Shown piece after piece: positions 61,964 to 64,000 of a DNA stretch of 64,000 bases. The DNA comes from Macrostomum lignano (lineage: Eukaryota): assembly GCA_002269645.1 (NCBI GenBank), contig NIVC01000230.1, forward strand, positions 248,001 through 312,000, in the 5' to 3' direction. Every line of letters begins with the position of its first letter. The first letter of the stretch is position 1. Both the position numbers and the translations under genes were made by a program. The notes below the pieces were generated by a model. The model was not told the origin of the DNA. It saw nothing but the letters and a program-made list of their open reading frames with translations, and ran no database searches.

Positions 61964-62573
61964 TCCTAATTATCAAATACCCGAATTCTATTGATCTAAT
62001 ACCTAAATCCTAATAACCTCTTATCTAAATTCTAATTATCTCTTATCTGAACCCCAATTATCTCTTACCTGAATCCTAATCTCTTACCTGAATTCTAATC
62101 TCTTACCTGAATCCTAATCTCTTACCTGAATTCTAATCTCTTACCTGAATCCTAATCTCTTACCTGAATTCTAATCTCTTACCTGAATCCTAATCTCTTA
62201 CCTGAATTCTAATCTCTTACCTGAATCCTAATTATCTCTTACCTGAATCCTAATTATCTCTTACCTGAATCCTAATTTCTTACCTGAATTCTAATCACTT
62301 GCCTGAATCCTAATTATCTCTTACCTGAATCCTAATTTCTTACCTGAATTATAACCTCTTACCTGAATCCTAATTTCTTACCTGAATTATAACCTCTTAC
62401 CTGAATCCTAATCTCTAACCTGAATCCTAATTATCTCTTACCTGAATCCTAATTTCTTACCTGAATTCTAATCTCTTATCTGAATCCTAATCTATTACCT
62501 AAATCCTAATTATCTCTTACCTAAATCCTAATTATCTCTTACCTGAATCCTAATTATCTCTATCTGAATTTTA
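61964..62573. repeat. 19/22-bp minisatellite
   Basis: Unit CTCTTACCTGAAT(C/T)CTAAT(TAT), ~28 copies. Confidence 0.95.
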
Positions 62574-62654
62574 ATACATAGGATATTCTGGTGCGTATCC
62601 AGAAAATTAATGTTTTTGGGGTGCAAAAGAAATAAACAGTTACTCCTCGGCATC

Positions 62655-62941
62655 TCAATCAGAGTCAATTCTGGCCCGCTTTCTCATCCCTTGCTGCGCC
62701 TCGCTGGTGTCTCCTGGCATTTCGTGGTGCTCTTCACGTAGGGATTTTCTACGTTGGCGCGCGGCCTCCCTCTCGGCAGCGTGTTTCAGCACCTGAATAA
62801 CGGCGACTTCTACATCGCGCTCAGAGGGTCGTCCTCTGTCCTCAGGATATATGAACCTGATTGCCTCTGTAAATGTAGGTTTGGGTGGGTTGCACACAGG
62901 GTTAGAGAGGACCTGGAACATGTTTATCTGCCTCCCTGTAC
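62655..62941 (-). CDS. DUF4806-like protein, last exon
   Basis: cgacAG acceptor, phase 1; ...FTEAIRFIYPEDRGRPSERDVEVAVIQVLKHAAER... resembles the DUF4806 C-terminal E.EI...I..WL.HA.DR motif; TGA at 62657-62655. Confidence 0.7.
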
Positions 62942-63052
62942 CTGTCGCTATATAACTCTAAATCTCTCTAAATGCGTATTTTACGTATTCTTTCATTTCT
63001 AATTCTTTCTAAGTTCCATCAAAAACGAATACTGAATACAAAGAGCACTCAC

Positions 63053-63254
63053 CCTGAATGGTATTCATGGCATTGCGGAAGCCCAGTTCGGCCTCGGTCG
63101 CGCCATGCCCAGGAACAGCCCGGTTCAGCCTTTCCGCCATGCCACGGCCACTGTAGTTGACTACACATAGCATTGAAGCCGACATGCACTTTTCCAGCAT
63201 CCGTCGGACCGTTTCATGTAGGGTCGCGCATCGGCAGCCACGTAGACTGGGTCC
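63053..63254 (-). CDS. DUF4806-like protein, middle exon
   Basis: cttcAG|GPSLRGCRCATLHETVRRMLEKCMSASMLCVVNYSGRG...NTIQ G|GTGAGT; phases match both neighbours. Confidence 0.7.
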
Positions 63255-63438
63255 CTGAAGTGGAATGAAGTAGAAATTATTATTTTTAAAGCAAAAGAAG
63301 TATAAAATTATATTACTACAATACTACTGCAAGTAGGTTGAAAGCACAAGTATATTATTTCTTCTATGAGTATAAGTTCATTGCTTTTAATTTGGATTAG
63401 ATCTGTTTGTGATTAATCTAGCAAATATGAAAACTTAC

Positions 63439-64000
63439 GAGGCGCTGTTGAGCTTCAATCGACGTTATAAAGCTGAGGTAGTCCGGCCACGAGTCAATTT
63501 GCGTGAACTCAACGGCGGTTTCTTCTTGGCGGCCGCGTCGAGTTTGAGATGCCAAATGAGCGGAAATGCCTTCGAGGAGGTCAATAACTTGGCGCTCAAA
63601 TTGGTGCTGGCGCCTCTCCATCTCTGCTAGGCGTCGAGCAGTTAGCATCGAAAGGTATGCCACACCTTCCGTGGAATTCGGGTCGAAGCCATCTGCACGC
63701 AGCTGGTCTTGGAATCGGCGAGCAGTCGCGCTGTGCAGCCTGCCGATGCCTTCTTCCCGCACCTCGGCATTGTCAGACGGGATGGCAGAGGAGGGCTTCT
63801 GCTTTGATACCGTTGATGGCCCGGCCGGTGTAGATCTTACTGCGACGGCTGCAGCAGAAGGCGATGCCGTTGCCTCTGGCTCTGACGCTAAATCCGACAC
63901 CAGCGTCGCATCTGGGCCTGTGGACCGCGACCGTGGTGTCAGCACGACGGAAGATGCTGGAGGCGGGGGCAGGTCTGGTCGAGTAGGTCTGCTTTCGACC
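63439..64000 (-). CDS. DUF4806-like protein, upstream exon (open to window end)
   Basis: Stop-free from 64000 to donor CTC|GTAAGT at 63438; P/S/A-rich linker, short coiled coil, then FTQIDSWPDYLSFITSIE. Confidence 0.7.

Overview
Eukaryotic (metazoan, probably invertebrate) genomic DNA, extremely rich in mini/microsatellites and transposons; not prokaryotic, no CRISPR. Spliced genes reconstructed by hand from GT-AG boundaries and phase: ERGIC1 (minus, 4 exons in the window, last exon beyond position 1), a CRTC/TORC-like CREB co-activator (plus, head-to-head with ERGIC1), a Frizzled-5/8 orthologue (minus, 4 coding exons, two 1-bp G-run frameshifts that look like sequencing errors) and a DUF4806-like gene (minus, runs off the window end). 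Two identical U6 snRNA genes lie in ~540-bp duplicated cassettes 9.4 kb apart. Between them sits an intact, young Ty3/Gypsy element (224-bp LTRs, 1 mismatch, 5-bp TSD, single gag-pol ORF). Also present: a defective mariner, an RNase H-type LINE remnant, two SINE copies, several TIR/TSD-bounded non-autonomous DNA elements, a disrupted nested gene with an HROB-like OB-fold, and about 20 different tandem arrays. All family assignments come from recalled motif similarity; no database search was run.
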